Shown here piece after piece: positions 12,801 through 21,935 of a stretch of 64,000 bases of DNA. The stretch's first letter is position 1, and every line of letters begins with the position of its first letter. A program made the position numbers and the translations under genes. Source of the stretch: Bacillus subtilis subsp. subtilis str. 168 (GTDB lineage Bacteria > Bacillota > Bacilli > Bacillales > Bacillaceae); the NCBI RefSeq assembly GCF_000009045.1, contig NC_000964.3:434001-498000 (forward strand). The letters are read 5' to 3'. The notes beneath the pieces were generated by a model that made no database searches, was not told where the DNA came from, and saw only the letters and a list, made by a program, of their open reading frames with translations.

Positions 12801-14426
12801 TTAATTGGTCTTTGTAAACATGATATTGATTTCGTTAAAGTCGCCGGTCAGGCCGTGGACTTTGATCTTCCAGTTTCCTTTTTCATTAATCGACAGGTTT
12901 TGATCTTGGAAGACGCCTTTTGTTTTTTCTTTTAATGTAAAGGTGCTTTTGTTTTCGCTGCCTGACAGGCCTGTTTTATAAACGGTTAACGTGATTTGCT
13001 GGATGTTTTTCACGGGATCACCGTTATGGTCGGTGACCCGCAGCTCAAAAACATTTTTTCCAGGCTGGTTTGGGCTGATGCTGAGAGAAACGCTTTGTCC
13101 GTTCTCTATCGCTTTGGTTTGGTAGAACGGTTCCGGCGCTGGCTCAGGCGGGCTTGGCAGGCTTGTAAACACGGCCGCTGTGATCAATACAGCGATGCCG
13201 ATTGCCCACTCCGCTTTCAACGTTCGGCTGATTCCTGTGCGGCGCTGCTTTCTGGTAAGCAGAAAATGAATTGCGCCTAAGACCAGCATGAAAACAAACA
13301 GCCCGCTTTTCACTAAAAGAGCTTGTCCGTACGCTGTATGGAACAGTGAATCCATTGAACGAATGATGAAAAATCCATTGAGCAAGCCTGAAAACAAAAT
13401 GACGCCGACTGCAGTGAGCGCCCATGGGGAGAACCGTCTGACCGTCTCCCACGCGAGCGTTTTGTCAGGCTGCCTCCATTCTTTTGAGAGCAGCAAAACG
13501 AGTGCCGCTATTCCGCCGACCCAGATGGAAGCGGAAGTTAAATGAAGGAAATCCATCAAAATGCCGACCGTTTTTTCTTCAACGACAGCAGCATGCCCGG
13601 TAAACGCCTTGGCAAGCAGGAGACCGAAAAAGAAAATGAGCGGCGCTGTCCAATAGCCAAAGGATGAAAAGCGGTTTTTCCGTATCGCAGGGATGACAGA
13701 CAGTGCGAGCAGCACGAACAGCGCAGCCTGTATGATCCAAATGGAGCCGCCTGCTGTCTCAAACAGTGTTTCTCTGATGTAGCCCGGCTGGAATGCGCTG
13801 CCCCAGCCGCCGCCTGCGTTCGCTTTTGTCTGAATCGGAAGCTGAAGCAAAAGCGCCAGCCCCAATGCTGCGATCGAGCCGGTCAGGATACGTCTCGTCC
13901 GTTTGACGAGCTGTTCTGATTTCCCTTTATACCAGAAAAGATGGAAGAAAACCGTTCCGATAAACAGAGATAAGGCTGTATACAGAATCGCGCGATCTGC
14001 TGCTGTTCCCGGATTCAGCGCTGAATCGGCTGCTTTTTGGCTGCTGAATCCGCCATCCGCTTTCCCGATACTGAACGGAATGACGCCGGAAACAGGATGT
14101 CCATCCGCGGATACGGCATTCCATTCCGCTCTGTACACATCTTTAGGCAGATTCTTCTTCAGCTTCACTGTCATGATGTGATGATTATCTTTTTTGATTT
14201 CAGTCTTGTCCGTATCCACACGGTCGCCGTTTGAATTATAGACTTTAATGTAATGAAACCCTTCTTCAACCGGTTCATTAAATTCGATTTCCACCTGCGC
14301 AGGGGCGCTTTTTAATTCGCTGTTTTCCCCAGGTGAAGATTTGACAATATAGGCGTGAGCAAAGCTTGTTTTCGGCAGGAAAACAAGAAAAAGCAGAAGG
14401 ATGATCCACCATCTGTTTCGCTTCAT
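12801..14426 (-). CDS. ycnJ: Copper import protein, CopC-CopD-YtkA fusion
   Basis: SFA-HAYIVKSSP, SADGHPVSG (CopC), TGHAA and DFLHLTSASIWVGG (CopD); synonym cutJ. Confidence 0.93.
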   Translation of the reverse strand: MKRNRWWIILLLFLVFLPKTSFAHAYIVKSSPGENSELKSAPAQVEIEFNEPVEEGFHYIKVYNSNGDRVDTDKTEIKKDNHHIMTVKLKKNLPKDVYRAEWNAVSADGHPVSGVIPFSIGKADGGFSSQKAADSALNPGTAADRAILYTALSLFIGTVFFHLFWYKGKSEQLVKRTRRILTGSIAALGLALLLQLPIQTKANAGGGWGSAFQPGYIRETLFETAGGSIWIIQAALFVLLALSVIPAIRKNRFSSFGYWTAPLIFFFGLLLAKAFTGHAAVVEEKTVGILMDFLHLTSASIWVGGIAALVLLLSKEWRQPDKTLAWETVRRFSPWALTAVGVILFSGLLNGFFIIRSMDSLFHTAYGQALLVKSGLFVFMLVLGAIHFLLTRKQRRTGISRTLKAEWAIGIAVLITAAVFTSLPSPPEPAPEPFYQTKAIENGQSVSLSISPNQPGKNVFELRVTDHNGDPVKNIQQITLTVYKTGLSGSENKSTFTLKEKTKGVFQDQNLSINEKGNWKIKVHGLTGDFNEINIMFTKTN

Positions 14427-14460
14427 CACTCAGACACCACCTTCCGCTGTATGTGTTGTG

Positions 14461-15033
14461 TTATTTCTTGGTGCAGGTGCAGCGTTTCTTTCGGTCTTGA
14501 AGCATGTCTTCCAGCGCTTGGTCGAAAGTGCAGACGGCTCCGCCGAATCCTTTTTGAAATCGTTCGGCATGGTCAAGTGTCGCAAACGGAATGGCCTGCG
14601 GCTGGCAGCAGTGCAGGTTTAATTCAGCATTTACGACGAAATAAGCCGAACCGGCACTGACGGTTGTCTGTAACAGAAAATCTCTGCAAATCAAGTGTGA
14701 AACCTCTTCCGTTTTATCCGCGTAACGCAAAAACGCGCAATGTGCGCAGCATAGCTGTTCAATGTCTTGGTTTACCGTAATCAGCTGAACCGAATGAGCT
14801 TGATTGACGGGCTTCAAGCAATAGCTGCACATATGATCTGTTTGAGGTGTTCGGACGGGGAGCGTGATGCCGCCGGCCGTTTTAATGACCTGATTTGACT
14901 GAACCAGCTGATTGACATCTCTATATACCGTCATTTCCGAAACGCCGAACCTTGCGCTGATGTCAGAAATTCTAAGCGAGCCTTCTTCTTTCAGCCACTT
15001 CAGTATGTGTTGCTGTCTATTAATCGGAAGCAT
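14461..15033 (-). CDS. ycnK: DeoR-type copper-responsive repressor with NosL-like Cys-rich C-terminus
   Basis: DeoR HTH (RFGVSEMTVYRD), CSYC, CCAHC, CC motifs; synonym cutR. Confidence 0.92.
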   Translation of the reverse strand: MLPINRQQHILKWLKEEGSLRISDISARFGVSEMTVYRDVNQLVQSNQVIKTAGGITLPVRTPQTDHMCSYCLKPVNQAHSVQLITVNQDIEQLCCAHCAFLRYADKTEEVSHLICRDFLLQTTVSAGSAYFVVNAELNLHCCQPQAIPFATLDHAERFQKGFGGAVCTFDQALEDMLQDRKKRCTCTKK

Positions 15034-15107
15034 TCATACACCCTCTTCATTAAGATCTATTTAAGCGTAGAGGATTTTAGAGACGGAGACAAGTAAGTGG
15101 ATGATAA

Positions 15108-15123
15108 AAAATGTGAAAATGTG
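15108..15123 (-). promoter_or_regulatory. YcnK binding direct repeat
   Basis: CACATTTTCACATTTT on minus strand upstream of ycnK, matches the established YcnK site. Confidence 0.8.
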
Positions 15124-15197
15124 TTGAACAGCAACAAAACGAAACAGAAGGGACTCTGGTATAATAGACAGATGGAATAGAAAGTGAGGAATACCCT

Positions 15198-15551
15198 ATG
15201 AAAGAAACACCATGCCCGAACTGCGGCAAACCTTTGACAGGCGATATGGTCAGATCATCAAATGTGCCTTGTCAATTTCGCTGCGGCCACTGCCGGGAAC
15301 GGCTTTATGAATATAAAGTTTCAGCTCCGATTATGCTGGTATCATTAGCGGCCATCGTGCTGCTTATTTATCTTTTGATGCTCCTCCGCAATGCGGCAGG
15401 CTCAGTGCTGCCAGCTGTACAGCACGTGCCGATGGCTGTATTTGCGCTTGTGTGCGCGTATCCCGTTTTTATTGTGAGTGAGCGGATGATTGCAAAGTAC
15501 GTGATTCAAAATGGCAACATCATTTATAGAGGAAAGAGAAAAGGCTCCTGA
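15198..15551 (+). CDS. ycnL: Small membrane protein with N-terminal CxxC...CxxC zinc-ribbon-like motif
   Basis: CPNC-x19-CGHC then two hydrophobic helices; RBS GTGAGG; TGnTATAAT at 15157-15165. Confidence 0.8.
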   Translation: MKETPCPNCGKPLTGDMVRSSNVPCQFRCGHCRERLYEYKVSAPIMLVSLAAIVLLIYLLMLLRNAAGSVLPAVQHVPMAVFALVCAYPVFIVSERMIAKYVIQNGNIIYRGKRKGS

Positions 15552-15568
15552 AACCAGGAGCCTTTTTA
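15541..15568 (+). terminator. Intrinsic terminator of ycnL (overlaps its stop codon)
   Basis: AAGGCTCCTG-AAAC-CAGGAGCCTT-TTT. Confidence 0.85.
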
Positions 15569-15579
15569 TTTTTAAAAAA

Positions 15580-15599
15580 TTGTCACAGTCATGTGCCAA
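15580..15599. promoter_or_regulatory. MtlR activator binding site of mtlA promoter
   Basis: TTGTCACA-N4-TGTGCCAA imperfect inverted repeat upstream of -35. Confidence 0.8.
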
Positions 15600-15617
15600 A
15601 GTCCTCTTTACTTTCAA

Positions 15618-15646
15618 TTGTATAGGGACTGTAAGCGTTTTAACAT
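15618..15646 (+). promoter_or_regulatory. SigA promoter of mtlAFD with cre site in the spacer
   Basis: TTGTAT-N17-TAACAT; cre TGTAAGCGTTTTAA at 15630-15643. Confidence 0.8.
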
Positions 15647-15723
15647 AGAGTCAAAGGGAAGCATCATTCTCTGAACATATTTTTGTATCTTACAGCGACA
15701 AACAAAACAGGGAGGGTTTATAT

Positions 15724-17160
15724 ATGCAGCAGCAAGAACAGCAGCAAGGCGGCATGAAAGTGAAAGTGCAACGCTTTGGGAGTTATTTGAGCGGAATGAT
15801 CATGCCGAATATCGGCGCGTTTATCGCGTGGGGTATCATTACCGCGCTGTTTATTCCGGCAGGATGGTTTCCGAATGAACAGCTGAACACGCTGGTCAGC
15901 CCGATGATTACGTATTTATTGCCGCTTTTGATAGCGTATACAGGCGGAAAAATGATCTACGACCACCGCGGCGGAGTTGTCGGAGCGACAGCGGCAATTG
16001 GGGTGATTGTAGGATCGGATATTCCAATGTTTTTAGGCGCAATGATTATGGGTCCGCTTGGCGGATACCTCATTAAACAGACTGATAAATTATTCAAGGA
16101 TAAAGTCAAGCAAGGCTTTGAAATGCTGATCAACAACTTTACGGCAGGGATTGTCGGCGCGGCTTTAACGATTCTCGCGTTTTACGCCATCGGCCCGGTT
16201 GTCTTGACGCTAAATAAATTGCTGGCGGCTGGTGTGGAAGTCATTGTACACGCTAATTTACTGCCGGTAGCCAGTGTTTTTGTAGAACCGGCGAAAGTGT
16301 TGTTCCTTAACAACGCCATAAACCATGGAATCTTAAGCCCGATCGGAATCGAGCAAGCATCTCAAACAGGAAAATCAATTCTGTTTTTAGTAGAAGCAAA
16401 CCCTGGACCGGGGCTCGGCATTTTGCTGGCCTACATGTTCTTTGGCAAAGGATCTTCAAAATCAACGGCTCCCGGTGCGGCGATCATCCATTTCTTCGGA
16501 GGGATTCACGAGATTTACTTCCCGTACATTCTGATGAAACCGGCCCTGATTCTCGCAGCCATTGCCGGCGGAGCAAGCGGACTCTTAACATTTACGATCT
16601 TTAATGCCGGACTTGTCGCGGCAGCGTCACCGGGAAGCATTATCGCATTGATGGCAATGACGCCAAGAGGAGGCTATTTCGGCGTATTGGCGGGTGTATT
16701 GGTCGCTGCAGCTGTATCGTTCATCGTTTCAGCAGTGATCCTGAAATCCTCTAAAGCTAGTGAAGAAGACCTGGCTGCCGCAACAGAAAAAATGCAGTCC
16801 ATGAAGGGGAAGAAAAGCCAAGCAGCAGCTGCTTTAGAGGCGGAACAAGCCAAAGCAGAAGAAGCGTCTGAGCTGTCTCCTGAAAGCGTGAACAAAATTA
16901 TCTTTGCGTGTGATGCGGGAATGGGATCAAGTGCCATGGGGGCATCCATCTTAAGAAACAAAGTGAAAAAAGCGGAGCTTGACATCAGTGTGACCAACAC
17001 GGCCATTAACAATCTGCCAAGCGATGCGGATATTGTCATCACCCACAAAGATTTAACAGACCGCGCGAAAGCAAAGCTGCCGAACGCGACGCACATATCA
17101 GTGGATAACTTCTTAAACAGCCCGAAATACGACGAGCTGATTGAAAAGCTGAAAAAGTAA
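15724..17160 (+). CDS. mtlA: PTS mannitol-specific EIICB
   Basis: IMPNIGAFIAWG, GGIHEIYFPY (EIIC), ACDAGMGSS (EIIB Cys). Confidence 0.96.
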   Translation: MQQQEQQQGGMKVKVQRFGSYLSGMIMPNIGAFIAWGIITALFIPAGWFPNEQLNTLVSPMITYLLPLLIAYTGGKMIYDHRGGVVGATAAIGVIVGSDIPMFLGAMIMGPLGGYLIKQTDKLFKDKVKQGFEMLINNFTAGIVGAALTILAFYAIGPVVLTLNKLLAAGVEVIVHANLLPVASVFVEPAKVLFLNNAINHGILSPIGIEQASQTGKSILFLVEANPGPGLGILLAYMFFGKGSSKSTAPGAAIIHFFGGIHEIYFPYILMKPALILAAIAGGASGLLTFTIFNAGLVAAASPGSIIALMAMTPRGGYFGVLAGVLVAAAVSFIVSAVILKSSKASEEDLAAATEKMQSMKGKKSQAAAALEAEQAKAEEASELSPESVNKIIFACDAGMGSSAMGASILRNKVKKAELDISVTNTAINNLPSDADIVITHKDLTDRAKAKLPNATHISVDNFLNSPKYDELIEKLKK

Positions 17161-17184
17161 TCTTATAGAAAGAGAGTGATTGTC

Positions 17185-17616
17185 ATGCAAGTACTCGCAA
17201 AGGAAAACATTAAACTCAATCAAACGGTATCATCAAAAGAAGAGGCTATCAAATTGGCAGGCCAGACGCTGATTGACAACGGCTACGTGACAGAGGATTA
17301 CATTAGCAAAATGTTTGAACGTGAAGAAACGTCTTCTACGTTTATGGGGAATTTCATTGCCATTCCACACGGCACAGAAGAAGCGAAAAGCGAGGTGCTT
17401 CACTCAGGAATTTCAATCATACAGATTCCAGAGGGCGTTGAGTACGGAGAAGGCAACACGGCAAAAGTGGTATTCGGCATTGCGGGTAAAAATAATGAGC
17501 ATTTAGACATTTTGTCTAACATCGCCATTATCTGTTCAGAAGAAGAAAACATTGAACGCCTGATCTCCGCTAAAAGCGAAGAAGATTTGATCGCCATTTT
17601 CAACGAGGTGAACTGA
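17185..17616 (+). CDS. mtlF: PTS mannitol-specific EIIA
   Basis: STFMGNFIAIPHG phospho-His motif; start trimmed to ATG 17185 (143 aa). Confidence 0.95.
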   Translation: MQVLAKENIKLNQTVSSKEEAIKLAGQTLIDNGYVTEDYISKMFEREETSSTFMGNFIAIPHGTEEAKSEVLHSGISIIQIPEGVEYGEGNTAKVVFGIAGKNNEHLDILSNIAIICSEEENIERLISAKSEEDLIAIFNEVN

Positions 17617-17617
17617 C

Positions 17618-18739
17618 ATGATCGCCTTACATTTCGGTGCGGGAAATATCGGGAGAGGATTTATCGGCGCGCTGCTTCACCACTCCGGCTATGATGTGGT
17701 GTTTGCGGATGTGAACGAAACGATGGTCAGCCTCCTCAATGAAAAAAAAGAATACACAGTGGAACTGGCGGAAGAGGGACGTTCATCGGAGATCATTGGC
17801 CCGGTGAGCGCTATTAACAGCGGCAGTCAGACCGAGGAGCTGTACCGGCTGATGAATGAGGCGGCGCTCATCACAACAGCTGTCGGCCCGAATGTGCTGA
17901 AGCTGATTGCCCCGTCTATCGCAGAAGGTTTAAGACGAAGAAATACTGCAAACACACTGAATATCATTGCCTGCGAAAATATGATTGGCGGAAGCAGCTT
18001 CTTAAAGAAAGAAATATACAGCCATTTAACGGAAGCAGAGCAGAAATCCGTCAGTGAAACGGTAGGTTTTCCGAATTCTGCCGTTGACCGGATCGTCCCG
18101 ATTCAGCATCATGAAGACCCGCTGAAAGTATCGGTTGAACCATTTTTCGAATGGGTCATTGATGAATCAGGCTTTAAAGGGAAAACACCAGTCATAAACG
18201 GCGCACTGTTTGTTGATGATTTAACGCCGTACATCGAACGGAAGCTGTTTACGGTCAATACCGGACACGCGGTCACAGCGTATGTCGGCTATCAGCGCGG
18301 ACTCAAAACGGTCAAAGAAGCAATTGATCATCCGGAAATCCGCCGTGTTGTTCATTCGGCGCTGCTTGAAACTGGTGACTATCTCGTCAAATCGTATGGC
18401 TTTAAGCAAACTGAACACGAACAATATATCAAAAAAATCATCGGTCGCTTTGAAAATCCTTTCATTTCGGACGATGTGACCCGCGTAGCGAGGTCACCTC
18501 TCAGAAAACTGGGAGAAAATGATAGACTTGTAGGCCCGGCAAAGAAAATAAAAGAACCGAATGCACTGGCTGAAGGAATTGCCGCAGCACTGCGCTTCGA
18601 TTTCACCGGTGACCCTGAAGCGGTTGAACTGCAAGCGCTGATCGAAGAAAAAGGATACAGCGGCGTACTTCAAGAGGTGTGCGGCATTCAGTCCCATGAA
18701 CCGTTGCACGCCATCATTTTAAAGAAACTTAATCAATAA
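17618..18739 (+). CDS. mtlD: Mannitol-1-phosphate 5-dehydrogenase
   Basis: HFGAGNIGRGFIG, ACEN, AVDRIVP, RKLFTVNTGH. Confidence 0.96.
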   Translation: MIALHFGAGNIGRGFIGALLHHSGYDVVFADVNETMVSLLNEKKEYTVELAEEGRSSEIIGPVSAINSGSQTEELYRLMNEAALITTAVGPNVLKLIAPSIAEGLRRRNTANTLNIIACENMIGGSSFLKKEIYSHLTEAEQKSVSETVGFPNSAVDRIVPIQHHEDPLKVSVEPFFEWVIDESGFKGKTPVINGALFVDDLTPYIERKLFTVNTGHAVTAYVGYQRGLKTVKEAIDHPEIRRVVHSALLETGDYLVKSYGFKQTEHEQYIKKIIGRFENPFISDDVTRVARSPLRKLGENDRLVGPAKKIKEPNALAEGIAAALRFDFTGDPEAVELQALIEEKGYSGVLQEVCGIQSHEPLHAIILKKLNQ

Positions 18740-18746
18740 CCGACCA

Positions 18747-18775
18747 CCCGTGACACAATGTCACGGGCTTTTTTT
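18747..18775 (+). terminator. Intrinsic terminator of mtlAFD
   Basis: CCCGTGACA-CAA-TGTCACGGG-CTTTTTTT. Confidence 0.88.
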
Positions 18776-18792
18776 ACTATCTCGCAATCTAG

Positions 18793-18812
18793 TATAATAG
18801 AAAGCGCTTACG
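18793..18812 (+). promoter_or_regulatory. -10 box and cre-like site upstream of ycsA
   Basis: TATAAT 18793-18798 immediately followed by AGAAAGCGCTTACG. Confidence 0.55.
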
Positions 18813-18835
18813 ATAACAGGGGAAGGAGAATGACG

Positions 18836-19894
18836 ATGAAACAATTTGAGATTGCGGCAATACCGGGAGACGGAGTAGGAAAAGAGGTTGTAGCGGCTGC
18901 TGAGAAAGTGCTTCATACAGCGGCTGAGGTACACGGAGGTTTGTCATTCTCATTCACAGCTTTTCCATGGAGCTGTGATTATTACTTGGAGCACGGCAAA
19001 ATGATGCCCGAAGATGGAATACATACGCTTACTCAATTTGAAGCAGTTTTTTTGGGAGCTGTCGGAAATCCGAAGCTGGTTCCCGATCATATATCGTTAT
19101 GGGGGCTGCTGCTGAAAATCCGGAGGGAGCTTGAGCTTTCCATTAATATGAGACCCGCCAAACAAATGGCAGGCATTACGTCGCCGCTTCTGCATCCAAA
19201 TGATTTTGACTTCGTGGTGATTCGCGAGAACAGTGAAGGTGAATACAGTGAAGTTGGCGGGCGCATTCACAGAGGCGATGATGAAATCGCCATCCAGAAT
19301 GCCGTGTTTACGAGAAAAGCGACAGAACGTGTCATGCGCTTTGCCTTCGAATTGGCGAAAAAACGGCGCAGCCATGTGACAAGCGCCACAAAGTCTAACG
19401 GCATTTATCACGCGATGCCGTTTTGGGATGAAGTCTTTCAGCAGACAGCCGCTGATTATAGCGGAATCGAAACATCATCTCAGCATATTGATGCGCTGGC
19501 CGCTTTTTTTGTGACGCGTCCGGAAACGTTTGATGTCATTGTGGCGAGCAACTTGTTCGGTGATATTTTAACCGACATCAGCTCAAGCCTGATGGGAAGC
19601 ATCGGCATTGCGCCTTCTGCGAACATCAATCCATCCGGCAAATATCCGTCCATGTTTGAACCGGTTCACGGCTCAGCTCCTGACATTGCCGGACAGGGCC
19701 TTGCCAATCCGATCGGCCAGATTTGGACAGCGAAGCTGATGCTCGACCACTTCGGAGAGGAAGAATTGGGGGCGAAAATTCTGGATGTAATGGAGCAAGT
19801 GACTGCCGACGGCATCAAAACACGCGACATTGGGGGACAAAGCACAACGGCTGAGGTCACTGATGAAATCTGTTCGCGCTTAAGAAAGCTCTGA
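18836..19894 (+). CDS. ycsA: Tartrate dehydrogenase/decarboxylase-like beta-decarboxylating dehydrogenase
   Basis: IPGDGVGKEV, IRENSEGEYS, SNLFGDILTD, FEPVHGSAPDIAG; ATG 18836 (alternative 18830) after GGAAGGAG. Confidence 0.88.
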   Translation: MKQFEIAAIPGDGVGKEVVAAAEKVLHTAAEVHGGLSFSFTAFPWSCDYYLEHGKMMPEDGIHTLTQFEAVFLGAVGNPKLVPDHISLWGLLLKIRRELELSINMRPAKQMAGITSPLLHPNDFDFVVIRENSEGEYSEVGGRIHRGDDEIAIQNAVFTRKATERVMRFAFELAKKRRSHVTSATKSNGIYHAMPFWDEVFQQTAADYSGIETSSQHIDALAAFFVTRPETFDVIVASNLFGDILTDISSSLMGSIGIAPSANINPSGKYPSMFEPVHGSAPDIAGQGLANPIGQIWTAKLMLDHFGEEELGAKILDVMEQVTADGIKTRDIGGQSTTAEVTDEICSRLRKL

Positions 19895-20028
19895 TGAATC
19901 AGGCCGGTGGCAGATGGCTGCCCCGGCCTGTCCATTTCCTTACGAAAATTTCCACGAAAGTCTAACCAAGCAGATCCAAATGCTGTATAATAATTTGGAA
20001 TTCTTAGGAAAGCATCGGGTGAAGGAAG

Positions 20029-20592
20029 TTGAATGCAAAAACAATCACGTTAAAGAAAAAAAGAAAAATCAAAACGATCGTTGTACTCAGTATCATTATG
20101 ATCGCAGCTCTCATTTTTACGATCAGATTGGTGTTTTACAAGCCTTTTCTTATTGAAGGATCATCAATGGCCCCAACGCTTAAAGACTCAGAAAGAATTC
20201 TGGTTGATAAAGCAGTCAAATGGACTGGCGGGTTTCACAGAGGAGACATCATAGTCATTCATGACAAAAAGAGCGGCCGCTCATTTGTCAAACGTTTAAT
20301 CGGTTTGCCTGGTGACAGCATTAAAATGAAAAATGATCAGCTATACATAAATGATAAAAAGGTGGAAGAACCATACTTAAAGGAATATAAACAGGAGGTC
20401 AAAGAGTCGGGTGTAACCTTAACAGGTGACTTCGAAGTTGAGGTTCCTTCCGGTAAATATTTTGTGATGGGAGATAACCGTCTCAATTCACTGGATAGCA
20501 GAAACGGAATGGGCATGCCTTCTGAGGACGATATCATCGGTACTGAATCTCTCGTCTTTTATCCATTCGGTGAGATGAGACAGGCAAAATAA
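20029..20592 (+). CDS. sipU: Type I signal peptidase U
   Basis: Single TM, catalytic GSSMAPTL (Ser) and VKRLIG (Lys), GDNRLNSLDSR; TTG start. Confidence 0.93.
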   Translation: MNAKTITLKKKRKIKTIVVLSIIMIAALIFTIRLVFYKPFLIEGSSMAPTLKDSERILVDKAVKWTGGFHRGDIIVIHDKKSGRSFVKRLIGLPGDSIKMKNDQLYINDKKVEEPYLKEYKQEVKESGVTLTGDFEVEVPSGKYFVMGDNRLNSLDSRNGMGMPSEDDIIGTESLVFYPFGEMRQAK

Positions 20593-20651
20593 AATGCAAT
20601 GCAAAAAGAACATGGAACATGACGGCACCGATAATAAAGCGCCGTGCACGT

Positions 20652-21260
20652 TTAAAAAAATGATGATGAAACGGTGCGGAGCCGGCTTTCCGCCCCGTTT
20701 TTTATGATAGAAAGCGTTTTGAAGAAAAGGGCCCTGTTGAAATAAACAGAATCAGGATTGGCGAAGCCGTGAAGCGCATCGAATTGGTAAATCTCAAGAT
20801 GGGTATGCTGTTTTTCCCGCAGTTTTTTGATAAGAAGCGCTACGTCAAACGACGGCTCATAATTAGGGAAAAACAATAGGACCGGGCAGGCTGGCATGTG
20901 ATGAAGAGAGTCGCGTATCCGGGAACCGTAATAACAAACCGATCCGCTCACCTCAGGCATACTGCTGCATTTCCATGCGATAGTAGCCCCCACGCTGAAT
21001 CCAATCACAAAGATGTGCCGTCCGGCGTTTTGCCTGATCACATTCTGGATGATGGTTTCTCCCGTTTTCAGCCTTTCGTGTTTTGTAAATTGTTCGTATG
21101 CCGTTTTTTCTTCTTTCAGTGTGTAGACTTCATCCTCGCCGAGCAGGTTGGGCGTCAACACATCATATCCAGCCATTTTGATCAGCCGGCCCATCTTTTT
21201 CATATGGCTGTTTACACCATATATTTCGTGTGCGAGAATGACAAGCGGTTTTGGGAACAT
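20652..21260 (-). CDS. yczH: Dienelactone-hydrolase-like alpha/beta hydrolase
   Basis: HEIYGVN, GFSVGA nucleophile elbow, CYYG, HGFAN; ATG 21260 after AAGGAGG. Confidence 0.82.
   Translation of the reverse strand: MFPKPLVILAHEIYGVNSHMKKMGRLIKMAGYDVLTPNLLGEDEVYTLKEEKTAYEQFTKHERLKTGETIIQNVIRQNAGRHIFVIGFSVGATIAWKCSSMPEVSGSVCYYGSRIRDSLHHMPACPVLLFFPNYEPSFDVALLIKKLREKQHTHLEIYQFDALHGFANPDSVYFNRALFFKTLSIIKNGAESRLRTVSSSFF
20669..20703 (+). terminator. Likely sipU terminator inside the 3' end of yczH
   Basis: AAACGG-T-GCGGA...TCCGC-C-CCGTTT-TTT. Confidence 0.6.
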
Positions 21261-21345
21261 AACGGCCTCCTTTTGTGTTTTTTCCATTATATCCTATCGT
21301 TTCACTTTAGGCTGAGATATAATGGTCAAAAAAAGGAGATATAAA

Positions 21346-21738
21346 ATGAACTCATTATCTTTGCCTCACCGCTATCCATTTTTGTTTATTGATGGCGTGA
21401 CGGATAGCGAGCCCGGCAAACATGCGGCAGCTTATAAGCTGATTAGTGAGAACGACTGGTTTATCACTGATACGCAAACAGAAATGCCGTTTTCACTTGT
21501 GATTGAAGCGCTTGCGCAAACCGCGGCTTTTACAGGAATTACAGATGAGAACAGCTTGGGATTATTGTCTTCGGTGAAGAAAGCGGAAAAGCTGGGAGAA
21601 GCTGTGCCTGGTGACCGGCTTGATCTTACGTTTGAAGTCACGCGCAATCGGCGCGGGTTTGTGTTCGGACATGCCAAGGCATCAGTTGGAGAGCAGCCTG
21701 TTGCTGAAGCTGAAATCGGCATCTATATTGAAAAATGA
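21346..21738 (+). CDS. ycsD: FabZ-like hotdog-fold protein
   Basis: LPHRYPFLFID, IEALAQ, PGDRL; ATG 21346 after AAAGGAG, 130 aa. Confidence 0.85.
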   Translation: MNSLSLPHRYPFLFIDGVTDSEPGKHAAAYKLISENDWFITDTQTEMPFSLVIEALAQTAAFTGITDENSLGLLSSVKKAEKLGEAVPGDRLDLTFEVTRNRRGFVFGHAKASVGEQPVAEAEIGIYIEK

Positions 21739-21742
21739 AAAA

Positions 21743-21770
21743 AACCCTTCACAACATTTTGTGAGGGGTT
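21743..21770. terminator. Terminator between convergent ycsD and yczO
   Basis: AACCCTTCACAA-CATT-TTGTGAGGGGTT. Confidence 0.7.
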
Positions 21771-21935
21771 CTATTTTGTGTCGTAATCCCGTTCGCTTTG
21801 AGAGTTATCTCTTTGCTGGCGTTTGTGTTTTTCATCATTCATATTTTCCTTCAGCTCTTCATTAGGAATCGGATCGGTTAAGTCGTTGTGCTCGGGGTTT
21901 TCATTTGGTTTGTTTTGCTGTTTTTTTTCTGTCAT
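21771..21935 (-). CDS. yczO: 54-aa hydrophilic small protein (below ORF-track cutoff)
   Basis: Manual translation MTEKKQQNKPNENPEHNDLTDPIPNEELKENMNDEKHKRQQRDNSQSERDYDTK; strong RBS GTGAGGTGA 5 nt before ATG. Confidence 0.75.
   Translation of the reverse strand: MTEKKQQNKPNENPEHNDLTDPIPNEELKENMNDEKHKRQQRDNSQSERDYDTK

Noticed and set aside
14081-14094. TGACGCCGGAAACA resembling a RacA ram site
   Set aside because: Three mismatches in the right half and inside coding sequence; expected by chance
17100-17108. AGTGGATAA, DnaA-box-like
   Set aside because: Single imperfect box within mtlA coding sequence, no cluster
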